From an uncultured Candidatus Saccharibacteria bacterium (GTDB lineage: Bacteria > Patescibacteriota > Minisyncoccia > Phycocordibacterales > Phycocordibacteraceae), in NCBI GenBank assembly GCA_964418065.1, contig CAYQJR010000002.1:1-37728 (forward strand): DNA of 37,728 nucleotides, given 5' to 3'. Made by a program: the position numbers and the translations under genes. Position 1 is the first letter of the stretch. Each line of letters begins with the position of its first letter. Of the stretch, positions 9,534-19,241 are shown piece by piece. The notes under the pieces were generated by a model. It searched no databases and had not been told where the DNA came from. It saw only the letters and a program-made list of their open reading frames with translations.

Positions 9534-10493
9534 ATGACTGATAAGAAGCCTGTTCTTGTCTCCGGTATTAAGCCCACCGGCGACCTGCATATCGGCAACT
9601 ACTTCGGCGCGATGCGCCAGCTCGTGGAGCTCTCTAAGTCAGGTAACTATCGGCCGTTTATATTCGTCGCCGACTATCACGCGCTCAACACAATGCAGAA
9701 CGCAGGGGAGATGCGGCGGCGCACTCGCGAACTCGTGATGGCCTATCTCGCTGTCGGCCTTGACCCGAAGGAGGTGGTCCTCTTCAAGCAGTCGGATGTG
9801 CCCGCGCATACCGAACTCGCATGGATATTTGACACTATTACCACGATGCCATACCTGATGCGCGCACACGCCTTCAAGGATGCCGAGGCGAAGAACAAAG
9901 AAATTAGTGTGGGCACATTTAACTATCCGATGTTGATGGCGGCCGACATTCTTCTCTATGACGCGAAGGTCGTACCGGTAGGGCAGGACCAGAAACAGCA
10001 CATTGAGATAGCGCGCGACACGGCAGAGAAATTCAACCGCACCTTCAAGACCGAGCTATTCACACTCCCCGAGGCGCACATTATGCCTGAAGTTGCGGTT
10101 GTCCCCGGTACCGACGGGCAGAAGATGAGCAAGAGTTACGGCAATGTCATCCCGCTCTTCGGGTCGCCCGATGAACTGAAGAAGGCAGTGATGGGCATCG
10201 TCACCGACTCCTCGGGCAATCGCCCCGAGAATGTGTATCGGATACACACACTCATCAAGGGAGAAGGTGAACTGAATCCGTTCTACGAGGAGCACAAGGG
10301 GAATTACAAAGCGCTGAAGGAGGCATTGATTGCCGATCTGGATACCTACCTCGCTCCCATGCGCACAAAGTATGAGGAGCTCAGGGAGAATCCCACCATT
10401 ATTGATGAGGTGCTCGAGAGCGGGAAGCGCGAGGCCCGTGCAGTGAGCGAAGCGAAAATGGAGCAGGTACGCAAGGCAATTGGTGTAGCATAA
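9534..10493 (+). CDS. trpS: Tryptophanyl-tRNA synthetase
   Basis: 319 aa. HIGH variant (GDLHIGNY), KMSKS, and overall class Ic TrpRS length. Confidence 0.95.
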   Translation: MTDKKPVLVSGIKPTGDLHIGNYFGAMRQLVELSKSGNYRPFIFVADYHALNTMQNAGEMRRRTRELVMAYLAVGLDPKEVVLFKQSDVPAHTELAWIFDTITTMPYLMRAHAFKDAEAKNKEISVGTFNYPMLMAADILLYDAKVVPVGQDQKQHIEIARDTAEKFNRTFKTELFTLPEAHIMPEVAVVPGTDGQKMSKSYGNVIPLFGSPDELKKAVMGIVTDSSGNRPENVYRIHTLIKGEGELNPFYEEHKGNYKALKEALIADLDTYLAPMRTKYEELRENPTIIDEVLESGKREARAVSEAKMEQVRKAIGVA

Positions 10494-10497
10494 GGTT

Positions 10498-11790
10498 ATG
10501 GAGCGCACGCTTATCGGAGAATTGGGAGGTCATATCGGGGAAACGGTCACGATTAACGGCTGGGTGGATGTCCGCAGAGACCAAGGAAAGATGGTGTTCT
10601 TTGATTTCCGCGACAGGAGCGGCTTCGTACAGGGCGTCGTCTTACCCAAGAGTCCTGCCATGGAGACGGCGAAGGATGTTCGGAGCGAATACGTCGTGCG
10701 TGTTGAAGGAATAGTGAATAAGCGTCCTGAGAAGAACGCTCAAGCCGACCGACAGAACGGTGATATTGAGCTTGAGGTCACTGGCATTGAGGTACTTTCC
10801 AAGGCCGAGATACCGTTTGAGCTTGGTACCGAAATCAATATAGATACCTATCTTAATCACCAGCCCTACACCCTCCGCGGTCAAAAAGTCCGCAACATAT
10901 TTAAAGTACAGGAAACTATCATTCAAGCATTTCGCGACGGTATGCGCGCACAGAGCTTTGTAGAGTTCCAAGCGCCCGCGCTTACCGGCGGCGACGCCGA
11001 GGGCGGGGCGGCCGCGTTTGAAGTTGATTACTACTACGACCAGAAGGCGTACCTTGCCACTTCTCCGCAGTTTTATAAACAGATTATGGTGGGAGTCTTT
11101 GAGCGCGCCTTCACCACGCCGAAGGTATTTCGCGGAGAGAAGCACAGCACCACCCGCCACCTGAGCGAGTACAGTTCTCTCGACTTTGAGATGGGGTTTA
11201 TCAAAGACCATACTGACGTGATGGCTACACTTACGACGACTATGCGACTTATTGTTGAGCGTGTTGGAGTGCCGGTCGCACTGCCAGAAGAAATTCCCGT
11301 CCTTAAGCTCCGCGAAGTGCAGAAGATACTCGGCGTTGCCGAAGCGCCGGATCTTGAGCCCGAGCACGAGCGCGCTATATGCGCGTGGGCACTGAAGGAG
11401 AAGCGGAGCGATTTCGTCTTCGTGACACACTATCCGCTTTCAAAACGCCCTTTCTATACCTACGAAGACGAGGCTGACCCGGGATATACAAAGAGCTTTG
11501 ATCTCTTGTTCCGGGGAATGGAGATTACCACCGGCGGTCAGCGCGTCCATAACTATGCCCAGCTTGTGGAGCGCATCAAAGGCAAGGGTCTTAATCCCGA
11601 GAAGTTCAGTTTCTACCTGGAGGCATTCAAGGTGGGCATGCCGCCGCATGGCGGCTCGGCTACAGGACTAGAAAGACTCACGGCGCGGCTCTTAGACCTC
11701 CAGAATGTAAAGGAGGCAACCCTCTTCCCGCGTGACCTGAACCGCATTGATACACTCCTCTCAACAGACGCTACTGACGCGAAAGATTAG
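10498..11790 (+). CDS. aspS: Aspartyl-tRNA synthetase, short archaeal/eukaryal-type (type 2)
   Basis: 430 aa. N-terminal OB fold (INGWV...RDQGKMVFFDFRD) and class II motifs FRGEKHSTTRHLSEY, GGQRVH and GMPPHGGSATGLERL. Lacks the about 130-aa insertion domain of bacterial-type AspRS. Confidence 0.88.
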   Translation: MERTLIGELGGHIGETVTINGWVDVRRDQGKMVFFDFRDRSGFVQGVVLPKSPAMETAKDVRSEYVVRVEGIVNKRPEKNAQADRQNGDIELEVTGIEVLSKAEIPFELGTEINIDTYLNHQPYTLRGQKVRNIFKVQETIIQAFRDGMRAQSFVEFQAPALTGGDAEGGAAAFEVDYYYDQKAYLATSPQFYKQIMVGVFERAFTTPKVFRGEKHSTTRHLSEYSSLDFEMGFIKDHTDVMATLTTTMRLIVERVGVPVALPEEIPVLKLREVQKILGVAEAPDLEPEHERAICAWALKEKRSDFVFVTHYPLSKRPFYTYEDEADPGYTKSFDLLFRGMEITTGGQRVHNYAQLVERIKGKGLNPEKFSFYLEAFKVGMPPHGGSATGLERLTARLLDLQNVKEATLFPRDLNRIDTLLSTDATDAKD

Positions 11791-11791
11791 T

Positions 11792-13204
11792 ATGAAGATA
11801 ACGCTCAAAAAGGGCGACTATAAGAGTGCACCGAAGAATTATGTGCGCATCAGCCTCACCGACAAGCCGAGAGGGATAAAGATATTTGTAAAAGAAGACG
11901 GAATACAGACGCTTGAGCTCGGAGTAGGAAAGTCCTCCGAGATGAATCTGCGCAGGTTCATTATCCTCTGCCGTGCCATAGTGAACACCGCCAAGGCGAA
12001 TAAATGCAAGAAAATCGCAATTCAGTTTGACCGTACGCCAGAGCTCTTCAAGAATCTTCGCGGTGCCACTCCCGAACACATTTCTCAACTCGCGGCAGAG
12101 AACTTTGAGATGGCGAGCTTTGACTTCAATATGTTCAAGACAAAGCCGAAAGAAGGCTGGGACACCGTTGAAGAATTGCTTGCGTATACGCCTGACCTGA
12201 AGCTTGGCGACGCGGTGAAGAGAGGACAGGAGATAGGAAGGGCCGTCAACGCCTGCCGGACATTGGCGAACACACCTGGAGGCGATATGACCCCGAGCGT
12301 GCTCGCGAAGGCGGCGCGCGATGCGATTAAAGGGCTTCCCGTCAAAGTTACTGTGCTTGATAAAAGAGAAATGGAGAAGCTCGGCATGGGAGCGGTGCTT
12401 GGCGTGGCAAAGGGTTCATCTGAAGAGCCGAAATTCATAGTCCTTGAATACAAGGGCGGGGGAGAAAAGCCGATTGTTCTCGTAGGTAAGGGCGTCACCT
12501 TTGATAGCGGGGGGCTCAATCTGAAGCCTTCAAGCTCTATCTACGAAATGCATATGGACATGTCCGGGGGCGCCGCTGTTATTCATGCGGTTGCTCTTGC
12601 CGCACGGCTGAAGCTAAAGCAGTCGGTTATCGGACTCATTCCAGCTGTTGAAAATATGCCGGGCAATAACGCGCTCCGTCCCGGCGACATATTAAAATCT
12701 CTTTCAGGAAAAACTATAGAAGTGCTGGACACTGACGCCGAGGGGCGCCTTATCCTCGCCGATGCGCTCACGTATGCAAAGCGATTCAAGCCTGCGGTCG
12801 TTATTGATATCGCGACTTTGACCGGCGCAGTTATCTCCGCGCTCGGGCTCTACGCGAGCGGTCTTCTGACCCGCGACGACGCGCTCGCTGAAGCGCTTCT
12901 TCGTGATGGAGAGGCGTCGGGAGACTATGTCTGGCGCCTCCCGCTCTGGGACGAATACGAGCACCGGGTGAAGGGCACCTTCGCCGACCTGAAGAATGTG
13001 CCGGGTGGCAGTACGAGCCGCTACGGGGGCGCCACCGATGGAGGGATGTTCCTCTGGCAATTCGCAAAGGAGCTCGGCTGTCCCTGGGCGCATCTTGATA
13101 TCGCTTCACGCATGACCTCGCCAGAGGGTGACGAGCTTGCAAGGGGCGCCGCCGGAACGCCGGTACGGCTTCTCCTGCGCTTCATAGAGACATGGAAACC
13201 ATAG
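11792..13204 (+). CDS. pepA: Leucyl aminopeptidase (M17 family)
   Basis: VGKGVTFDSGG and NTDAEGRL-like (LDTDAEGRLILADAL) motifs. Start set at ATG 11792 (MKITLKK), 2 nt after the aspS stop. Confidence 0.9.
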   Translation: MKITLKKGDYKSAPKNYVRISLTDKPRGIKIFVKEDGIQTLELGVGKSSEMNLRRFIILCRAIVNTAKANKCKKIAIQFDRTPELFKNLRGATPEHISQLAAENFEMASFDFNMFKTKPKEGWDTVEELLAYTPDLKLGDAVKRGQEIGRAVNACRTLANTPGGDMTPSVLAKAARDAIKGLPVKVTVLDKREMEKLGMGAVLGVAKGSSEEPKFIVLEYKGGGEKPIVLVGKGVTFDSGGLNLKPSSSIYEMHMDMSGGAAVIHAVALAARLKLKQSVIGLIPAVENMPGNNALRPGDILKSLSGKTIEVLDTDAEGRLILADALTYAKRFKPAVVIDIATLTGAVISALGLYASGLLTRDDALAEALLRDGEASGDYVWRLPLWDEYEHRVKGTFADLKNVPGGSTSRYGGATDGGMFLWQFAKELGCPWAHLDIASRMTSPEGDELARGAAGTPVRLLLRFIETWKP

Positions 13205-13935
13205 CCAAGAAAACTAAATTCTCTATAAAGACGAAGTCCTATCAGGGACCGCTTGAGGTGCTGCTTGACCTTATTGAGGCGAGGAAGCTCCTCGTGAACG
13301 AGTTTACGCTCTCTAATATTACGGAAGACTTTATCCAGCATGTTCGGGCGCAGACGACCTTCCCGGTGGAAGAGACGGCGAATTTCATCCAGATTGCGGC
13401 GACGCTCCTCTTGATCAAGTCGCGCTCGCTTATTCCCGACCTTGAGCTCTCCGACGAGGAGAACGCCGATGTGGAAGACTTGAAGCGCCGGCTATCTGCA
13501 TATGAGAAAGTGCGCGAGGCCGCCCGAGAACTCTCCCGCGTCTTCGGAAAGAGGATGATGGTCCCGGTAGGAGAGCGTCCACCGGAAGTCGTATTCACTC
13601 CTGCGCGCGACCTCTCGGTAAACGCGCTTGCCGAAGCGATGGCGCAGGTGCTCGCCGCACGCGCGGCAGTTGAAGCATTGCCTACCGCAAGCATAAAGCC
13701 GCTCATAACTATTGAGGAGATGATGGACCGGCTCGCGAAGCGGGTACAAAGTGCGATGACGCTTTCCTTCAAGGATTTTGCGGCCGGCACGAAAGAGAAG
13801 ATAGAAGTGATTGTTTCCTTCCTCGCCCTCCTTGAGCTTGTGAAGCAAGGTGCGGTCGCGACGGAACAATTTGATGAGTATGGCGATATCCGTATCAGCC
13901 ACACCGCCCCCGCTACCATTCCGCGCTATGGATAA
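13192..13935 (+). CDS. scpA: Segregation and condensation protein A
   Basis: 247 aa. N-terminal YQGPLEVLLDLIEARKL motif typical of ScpA kleisins. Overlaps the pepA end by 13 nt. Confidence 0.85.
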   Translation: METIAKKTKFSIKTKSYQGPLEVLLDLIEARKLLVNEFTLSNITEDFIQHVRAQTTFPVEETANFIQIAATLLLIKSRSLIPDLELSDEENADVEDLKRRLSAYEKVREAARELSRVFGKRMMVPVGERPPEVVFTPARDLSVNALAEAMAQVLAARAAVEALPTASIKPLITIEEMMDRLAKRVQSAMTLSFKDFAAGTKEKIEVIVSFLALLELVKQGAVATEQFDEYGDIRISHTAPATIPRYG

Positions 13936-14341
13936 CGTGGATGTAGTGCCCGAAAAGAGACCGAGGCGCGATTGGTGGAAGCGGGGGAGGGCATTTGACC
14001 TTTGGTCTATCCCGCATTTTCTCTACGGCATTTTGGCGGCGATGCTGCCGTGGCTTACCGACATATCCCTTTCTGCCGCGCTTGGGCTCACTATCGCGCT
14101 TGCGGTCCTGTGGGAGTGGTACGAGAAACTCATCGGGATTAAGGAAACCGCTTTGAATATCGCCGCGGACTTTGTTCTGCCGGTACTGGCCTTTACCTGC
14201 ACTACGGCACTGTTCAACGCCTACCAGCTTGAATATGATGAACTTCTGGTTCTCGCGGGCGCCGTCTTGATCATCTACGCATACACCAACATTTCCGGCT
14301 GGCTTGCCTACCGCCGACGCAATCGCGCGTTCATGTATTAG
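13928..14341 (+). CDS. Hypothetical membrane protein between scpA and scpB
   Basis: In-frame ATG at 13928 overlapping the scpA stop. 137 aa with about four TM helices. No family recognised. Confidence 0.6.
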   Translation: MDNVDVVPEKRPRRDWWKRGRAFDLWSIPHFLYGILAAMLPWLTDISLSAALGLTIALAVLWEWYEKLIGIKETALNIAADFVLPVLAFTCTTALFNAYQLEYDELLVLAGAVLIIYAYTNISGWLAYRRRNRAFMY

Positions 14342-14382
14342 CGTCCCCAAGGCAGGCCGTTGCCCGAGAGGGGAAGCGCGAT

Positions 14383-14388
14383 TATACT
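14383..14388 (+). promoter_or_regulatory. -10-like box TATACT, 7 nt upstream of the scpB ATG
   Basis: TATACT-GGGGAGA-ATG. Confidence 0.35.
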
Positions 14389-14395
14389 GGGGAGA

Positions 14396-14956
14396 ATGCT
14401 TACGCCTCCCGCCGCACTTCACGCACTCCTCTTCGCCTCCGGAGAGCCCCTTTCAAAGAAGCACCTCTTGAAGCTTTTGAGTATTAGGAGCGACGAACTT
14501 ACGGTGGTGCTCCGGGCGCTCGCTGCCTCGCTCTCGGGGAGCGGTACGACCCTGGTTGAGACAGCGACCGAGGTGGAGCTCCGCACAGCCCCTGAAGCCG
14601 CTTCAATCGTAAAGAAACTCCGCGAAGCAGAGCTCTCACGCGACCTCGGGAAGGCAAGTCTAGAGACGCTTGCGGTCATTGCGTACCAGACAGGTGCAAC
14701 GCGCGGCGAGATTGACTGGGTGCGCGGGGTCAATTCATCCGCCTCTCTTAGAACCCTCCTCTTGCGCGGACTGATTGAGGGAAGAGAAGACGAGCGCGAC
14801 AAGCGCCGTATCCGCTACAGCGTCACGACTGAAGCTCTCGCGCATTTGGGTATCAGAAGCGCGGAGGAGCTTCCGCGCGCGGAGGAATTGCGAACTCATG
14901 CTGCGGTAATTATCGCCGAAGAGGAGACCGCGGCAACTGCGGAAGAGCCAGCATAG
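14396..14956 (+). CDS. scpB: Segregation and condensation protein B
   Basis: LHALLFASGEPLS start motif and tandem winged-helix pattern (AYQTGATRGEID..VRGV) typical of ScpB. Start set at ATG 14396. Confidence 0.85.
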   Translation: MLTPPAALHALLFASGEPLSKKHLLKLLSIRSDELTVVLRALAASLSGSGTTLVETATEVELRTAPEAASIVKKLREAELSRDLGKASLETLAVIAYQTGATRGEIDWVRGVNSSASLRTLLLRGLIEGREDERDKRRIRYSVTTEALAHLGIRSAEELPRAEELRTHAAVIIAEEETAATAEEPA

Positions 14957-14957
14957 T

Positions 14958-15908
14958 ATGGATTCTGCTGACCTTCAGAAACTCGCTTATCGTACCCGCT
15001 CTATGCGCGAGACCGGCTTCGCGCTTCTCTTCGCCTCCGGCCTCCTTGCGTTACCGCTCCTCATCTCAACGTTCGTGGCGAAGCCTGCTCTACCCGAGCC
15101 CGCTGCGGCGATGGAACCGACAGCTCCCGATGCATTTGCAGCCGTCCACCTTGAAGCAAAGGCGGCGATTGTCTATGACCTCGCAACAGGAGAAACCCTG
15201 TATGCGCACAACGCCGACGCCCAGCTCCCGCTCGCTTCGCTTACGAAGCTTCTCACCGTTTACGCCGCGCTCCGCGAACTCTCGCCGACCACACCGATTA
15301 CGATTTCGCTCGCCGCGACGAAGCTTGAAGCGCCGCGGACCTTTAACGAGGGGCAGACCTTCTCGCTCGCTGACCTCGCTCGTCTCACACTCACGGCGTC
15401 GCTGAACGACGGCGCAGCCGCCATCATTGAAGCGGCGGCGGCACGCCAGAATCGCTCGCAAAACGAGACACTCGCCGCCGCCGCCGCCGCGCTTAATCTC
15501 TCCCAGACCTATGCGGTGAACGGCAGCGGGCTTGATATGAGCACGGAGGTTTCCGGCGGGTATGGTTCCGCCTACGACCTCGCGCGCCTTGCCGGCGCTC
15601 TCGTCGTTCTCTCTCCGGAGATTGCCGCCGCTACCACCCGGGCCTCCGCAGAGGCGGTGTCGGCGGGCGGTACCGCCTTCTCGGTAAAGAATACCGACCC
15701 GATGGTCGGCACTATTCCGCGCCTCCTGCTCTCAAAGACCGGTTACACTGATCTAGCGGGAGGCAATCTCGCAATCGTCTTTGACGCCGGTATCGGACAT
15801 CCTATTGCCGTCGTTGTTCTCGGCTCGTCGCAGAAAGAGCGCTTCACCGATGGTGCGGCGCTCATCGCCGCAGCGCTTGCGCACTTCGCCGGCGTCGCTT
15901 CGCTATGA
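14958..15908 (+). CDS. D-alanyl-D-alanine carboxypeptidase (S11, PBP5-like)
   Basis: N-terminal TM helix or signal. SxxK (SLTK), SxN (SLND) and KTG (KTGYT) motifs in canonical order and spacing. Confidence 0.8.
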   Translation: MDSADLQKLAYRTRSMRETGFALLFASGLLALPLLISTFVAKPALPEPAAAMEPTAPDAFAAVHLEAKAAIVYDLATGETLYAHNADAQLPLASLTKLLTVYAALRELSPTTPITISLAATKLEAPRTFNEGQTFSLADLARLTLTASLNDGAAAIIEAAAARQNRSQNETLAAAAAALNLSQTYAVNGSGLDMSTEVSGGYGSAYDLARLAGALVVLSPEIAAATTRASAEAVSAGGTAFSVKNTDPMVGTIPRLLLSKTGYTDLAGGNLAIVFDAGIGHPIAVVVLGSSQKERFTDGAALIAAALAHFAGVASL

Positions 15909-16981
15909 TTACGAGCGACATCATTAAAGTATTTATTCCCGCAACAGCAGCATTCGTCATCGGCATCGCCTGCGCTCCCTTACTTACGCATTATCTCTAC
16001 AAGCATCGCGTGTGGAAGAAGAAAGCGGGAAAGATATCCCTTGATGGTACGCCAGCCGTTGAGTTTGAAAAGATCCGGATGACGGTTCATACGGGTACCG
16101 AGACTTCAACGCCGCGCATGGGGGGCGTTCTGATCTGGGTCAGTGTCACGATAGTGACGCTCGGAACATGGTTGCTTGCACGGCTCGTCCCCGGACCTCT
16201 CTTTGAGAAACTTGATTTCCTCAGCCGCAGCCAAACGTGGATACCGCTGTTCTCTCTTCTTGCTGGCGCATTGATGGGGTTTGTAAATGACGTGCTTGAT
16301 ATTCATCCATCGGGCGAGAGAGGAGTGCGGTTGCGCACCCGCCTCCTTTTCGTCACGCTTATTTCAGGCTTCATCGGCTGGTGGTTCTACGCGAAACTTG
16401 GTGTGGATGCTATCGGCATACCGGGCGATGGAACATTCTTTCTCGGGTCGTTTATCGTTCCGCTCTTTATACTCATCACGCTTAGCCTCTACGCCGGCGG
16501 CGTTATTGACGGGATTGACGGGCTTGCCGGCGGCATCTTCGGCACTGCGTTTATGGCATACGCAGGCATCGCTTACTTCCAGAATCAAATCAATCTCGCG
16601 GCGTTTTCGGCGACGCTCGCAGGCGCGATACTCGCCTTTCTCTGGTTTAATATTCCGCCCGCACGCTTCTGGATGACCGAAACGGGAACGATGGGCCTCA
16701 CCATGACGCTCGCGGTCATCGCCTTTATGACCGACACGCCGGGTAACGGTTACGGTATTGCCGCGCTTCCTATCATCGCCTTTCCGCTTGTCGTGACGGT
16801 CCTCTCAAATATCGTCCAGATCGGGTCAAAGCGTTTTTACGGGAGAAAAGTGTTTCGTATTGCGCCCTTGCACCACCACTTTGAGGCAATCGGCTGGCCC
16901 TCATACAAAGTGACGATGCGCTATTGGATTATCTCAATTATCTGCGCCATCGTCGGTATGACCGTTGCGCTCCTGCAGTAA
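15905..16981 (+). CDS. mraY: Phospho-N-acetylmuramoyl-pentapeptide transferase
   Basis: 358 aa polytopic protein. NDVLDI, IDGIDGLAGG and APLHHHFE motifs. ATGA overlap with the upstream gene. Confidence 0.95.
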   Translation: MITSDIIKVFIPATAAFVIGIACAPLLTHYLYKHRVWKKKAGKISLDGTPAVEFEKIRMTVHTGTETSTPRMGGVLIWVSVTIVTLGTWLLARLVPGPLFEKLDFLSRSQTWIPLFSLLAGALMGFVNDVLDIHPSGERGVRLRTRLLFVTLISGFIGWWFYAKLGVDAIGIPGDGTFFLGSFIVPLFILITLSLYAGGVIDGIDGLAGGIFGTAFMAYAGIAYFQNQINLAAFSATLAGAILAFLWFNIPPARFWMTETGTMGLTMTLAVIAFMTDTPGNGYGIAALPIIAFPLVVTVLSNIVQIGSKRFYGRKVFRIAPLHHHFEAIGWPSYKVTMRYWIISIICAIVGMTVALLQ

Positions 16982-16984
16982 GCC

Positions 16985-18082
16985 ATGAAATTAGTTTCCG
17001 GCGATCGCATATTCCTGATGCTCGTGCTCTCAATCGCGCTTGCGGGTCTCGCCATATTTTCTTCAGCGACGCTCGGCCTTCTGGCGCGAGAGAACAGCTC
17101 TGTCTCTCAGGATATTCTGCTCCAGGCAGGACTCGGGCTCGGGCTCGGATTTCTCGCATTTCTTGCTGCGCGCGCAATCCCGCTCGCGTGGGTACGGCGT
17201 CTCGCGCCCTACCTCTACCTGCTCACCCTTATCTTCACCGCGCTCGTCTTTGTGCCCGGGATAGGCTTCCACGCCGGCGGCGCGACGCGCTGGATTGATC
17301 TCGGCTTCACGACCGTGCAGCCTGCGGAATTCTTGAAGACTGGTTTTATCCTCGCGCTTGCGAGCTGGCTCGCGCCGCGGGCGCAGAAGCTAAGCAATGT
17401 GAGGCGGGGTCTTATTCCCTTTATCGCTATTGTTGCCGTGCCGGCGGCTATCCTGCTTGCCCAGCCGAATACCTCAACAACGCTCCTCTTGATTGCAACA
17501 GGCGCGGTTATGTACTTCGCCGCAGGAGCGCCGTGGCGCGACTTCGGCATTCTCGCTGTGGGTGTGATTATCGCGTTTGGTATCCTCGTGCTTGCGCGCC
17601 CCTATGTGCTTGATCGTATTGAGACATTCTTAAATCCTCAGGAGAACTCGCTCACTACGGGCTATCAGATTCAGCAGTCGTTAATCGCCATCGGCTCCGG
17701 CGGCCTACTCGGGCGGGGTTTCGGACAAAGCGTGGGGAAATTCAATTACTTGCCGGAGCCCGATGGCGATTCTGTGTTCGCCGTCTTCGCAGAAGAAACT
17801 GGCTTTGTCGGAGCTTCTATTCTGCTTGCGCTCTTTGTCGCTCTTGCGGCGCGCGGCGTCGTGATAGCAGGGAACTCGCGCGATCTCTTCGGCGGTCTTG
17901 TCGCCCTCGGATTCTCTTTCATCATTATCCTGCAAGCATGCGTCAATATCGCCGCGATGCTCGGTATTATTCCACTCACCGGCCTGCCGCTGCCGTTTAT
18001 CTCGCACGGAGGCACCGCGCTTCTCGCAACCCTTCTTATGTGCGGCTTCATCCTGAATGTCGCCGCGCACCAGAGAACCTAG
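16985..18082 (+). CDS. ftsW: SEDS-family peptidoglycan glycosyltransferase FtsW/RodA
   Basis: 365 aa with about ten TM helices. QPAEF, PEPDGDSVFA and GLPLPFISHGGT motifs. Lies between mraY and murG. Confidence 0.9.
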   Translation: MKLVSGDRIFLMLVLSIALAGLAIFSSATLGLLARENSSVSQDILLQAGLGLGLGFLAFLAARAIPLAWVRRLAPYLYLLTLIFTALVFVPGIGFHAGGATRWIDLGFTTVQPAEFLKTGFILALASWLAPRAQKLSNVRRGLIPFIAIVAVPAAILLAQPNTSTTLLLIATGAVMYFAAGAPWRDFGILAVGVIIAFGILVLARPYVLDRIETFLNPQENSLTTGYQIQQSLIAIGSGGLLGRGFGQSVGKFNYLPEPDGDSVFAVFAEETGFVGASILLALFVALAARGVVIAGNSRDLFGGLVALGFSFIIILQACVNIAAMLGIIPLTGLPLPFISHGGTALLATLLMCGFILNVAAHQRT

Positions 18083-18088
18083 GCGCGC

Positions 18089-18094
18089 TATACT
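18089..18094 (+). promoter_or_regulatory. -10-like box TATACT, 7 nt upstream of the murG ATG
   Basis: TATACT-TGATTCT-ATG. Confidence 0.35.
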
Positions 18095-18101
18095 TGATTC
18101 T

Positions 18102-19241
18102 ATGACCATCGCGTTTACAGGAGGGGGAACGGGCGGGCACTTCTACCCGCTTATCGCTATCGCGGAGGCGGTGAACGATCTCGTTCGAGAGAAGCGCCTC
18201 GTCCCGCCCAAGCTCTACTACTTCGCGCCGGACTCCTTTGACCAGAAGGCGCTCTTTGAAAATGGACTTATCTTCATCTCCATACCGGCAGGGAAGCGGC
18301 GGCGCTATGCATCCTTCCAGAATTTCACCGACCTCTTTATTACACTGGCCGGGACGATGAAGGCGCTTTTTATGCTCTTCCGCCTCTATCCCGATGTTGT
18401 AGTGAGTAAGGGCGGTTACGGAAGCGTTCCGACCGTAATCGCGGCACGACTCCTGCGTATTCCGATCATCATCCACGAATCCGACGCGAAGCCCGGGCGG
18501 GCGAATCTGCTCGCCGCTCCGTGGGCAGAGAGAATTGCTATCTCCTTTGATAGTGCCGCTCAATACTTCCCCGAGAAGGTTCGCGATAAGATTGCGCGCA
18601 CCGGAATCCCCATCCGCAAAGCGCTTGCGCACCTGGAAACGGAAGGGGCACAGCAATATCTCGGTTTGGAGAGAGAACTTCCCACCATCCTTATCCTAGG
18701 AGGTTCGCAGGGCGCCGCACGAATAAATGAAGTGGTGCTCTCATCTCTCACCAATCTCGTTGCTCTTGCCAATATCATCCACCAGACCGGACACGCGCAC
18801 ATCAAAAATGTTGAGGCTGTTGCGCAAGTGGTACTTGCAGGGTCGCCGCACGCATCTCGCTATCACCCCATCAACTACCTCTCCCAGACATCGCTCCAAC
18901 GCACGGCGGGCGTGGCGACGCTTGTCGTCTCGCGCGCGGGTGCAAATTCCATCGCTGAAATAAGTCTGTGGAAGCGACCCGCGATTCTCATCCCGATTCC
19001 CGAGGTGATAAGCCACGACCAGCGCAGTAACGCCTACGCCTACGCGCGTACGGGAGCCGCTATCGTTCTTGAAGAGGAGAATCTCACTCCGCATCTTCTC
19101 GTTTCTGAAATACAGCGGGTCATCAATGACCCAGAACTTGAGAAGCGCATGAGCGCGTCCGCAGAAGGCTTCACCGACCCGGATGCCGCGCGCGTGCTTG
19201 CCGACGAAGTGCTCTCCATCGCGCTCACTCACGAATCATGA
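18102..19241 (+). CDS. murG: UDP-N-acetylglucosamine--N-acetylmuramyl-(pentapeptide) pyrophosphoryl-undecaprenol GlcNAc transferase
   Basis: FTGGGTGGHFYP N-terminal G-loop and a C-terminal GT-B half (SRAGANSIAEI). Start set at ATG 18102. Confidence 0.9.
   Translation: MTIAFTGGGTGGHFYPLIAIAEAVNDLVREKRLVPPKLYYFAPDSFDQKALFENGLIFISIPAGKRRRYASFQNFTDLFITLAGTMKALFMLFRLYPDVVVSKGGYGSVPTVIAARLLRIPIIIHESDAKPGRANLLAAPWAERIAISFDSAAQYFPEKVRDKIARTGIPIRKALAHLETEGAQQYLGLERELPTILILGGSQGAARINEVVLSSLTNLVALANIIHQTGHAHIKNVEAVAQVVLAGSPHASRYHPINYLSQTSLQRTAGVATLVVSRAGANSIAEISLWKRPAILIPIPEVISHDQRSNAYAYARTGAAIVLEEENLTPHLLVSEIQRVINDPELEKRMSASAEGFTDPDAARVLADEVLSIALTHES

Noticed and set aside
9405-9590. 61-aa minus-strand ORF
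   Set aside because: It overlaps the tRNA-Tyr gene and the trpS start. The tRNA cloverleaf explains this sequence.
10642-11430. 262-aa minus-strand ORF
   Set aside because: It is antisense to aspS, which has class II synthetase motifs on the plus strand. No motifs of its own.
13242-13919. 225-aa minus-strand ORF
   Set aside because: It is antisense to scpA. Ser/Ala/Arg-rich shadow frame.
18048-18656. 202-aa minus-strand ORF
   Set aside because: It is antisense to murG.
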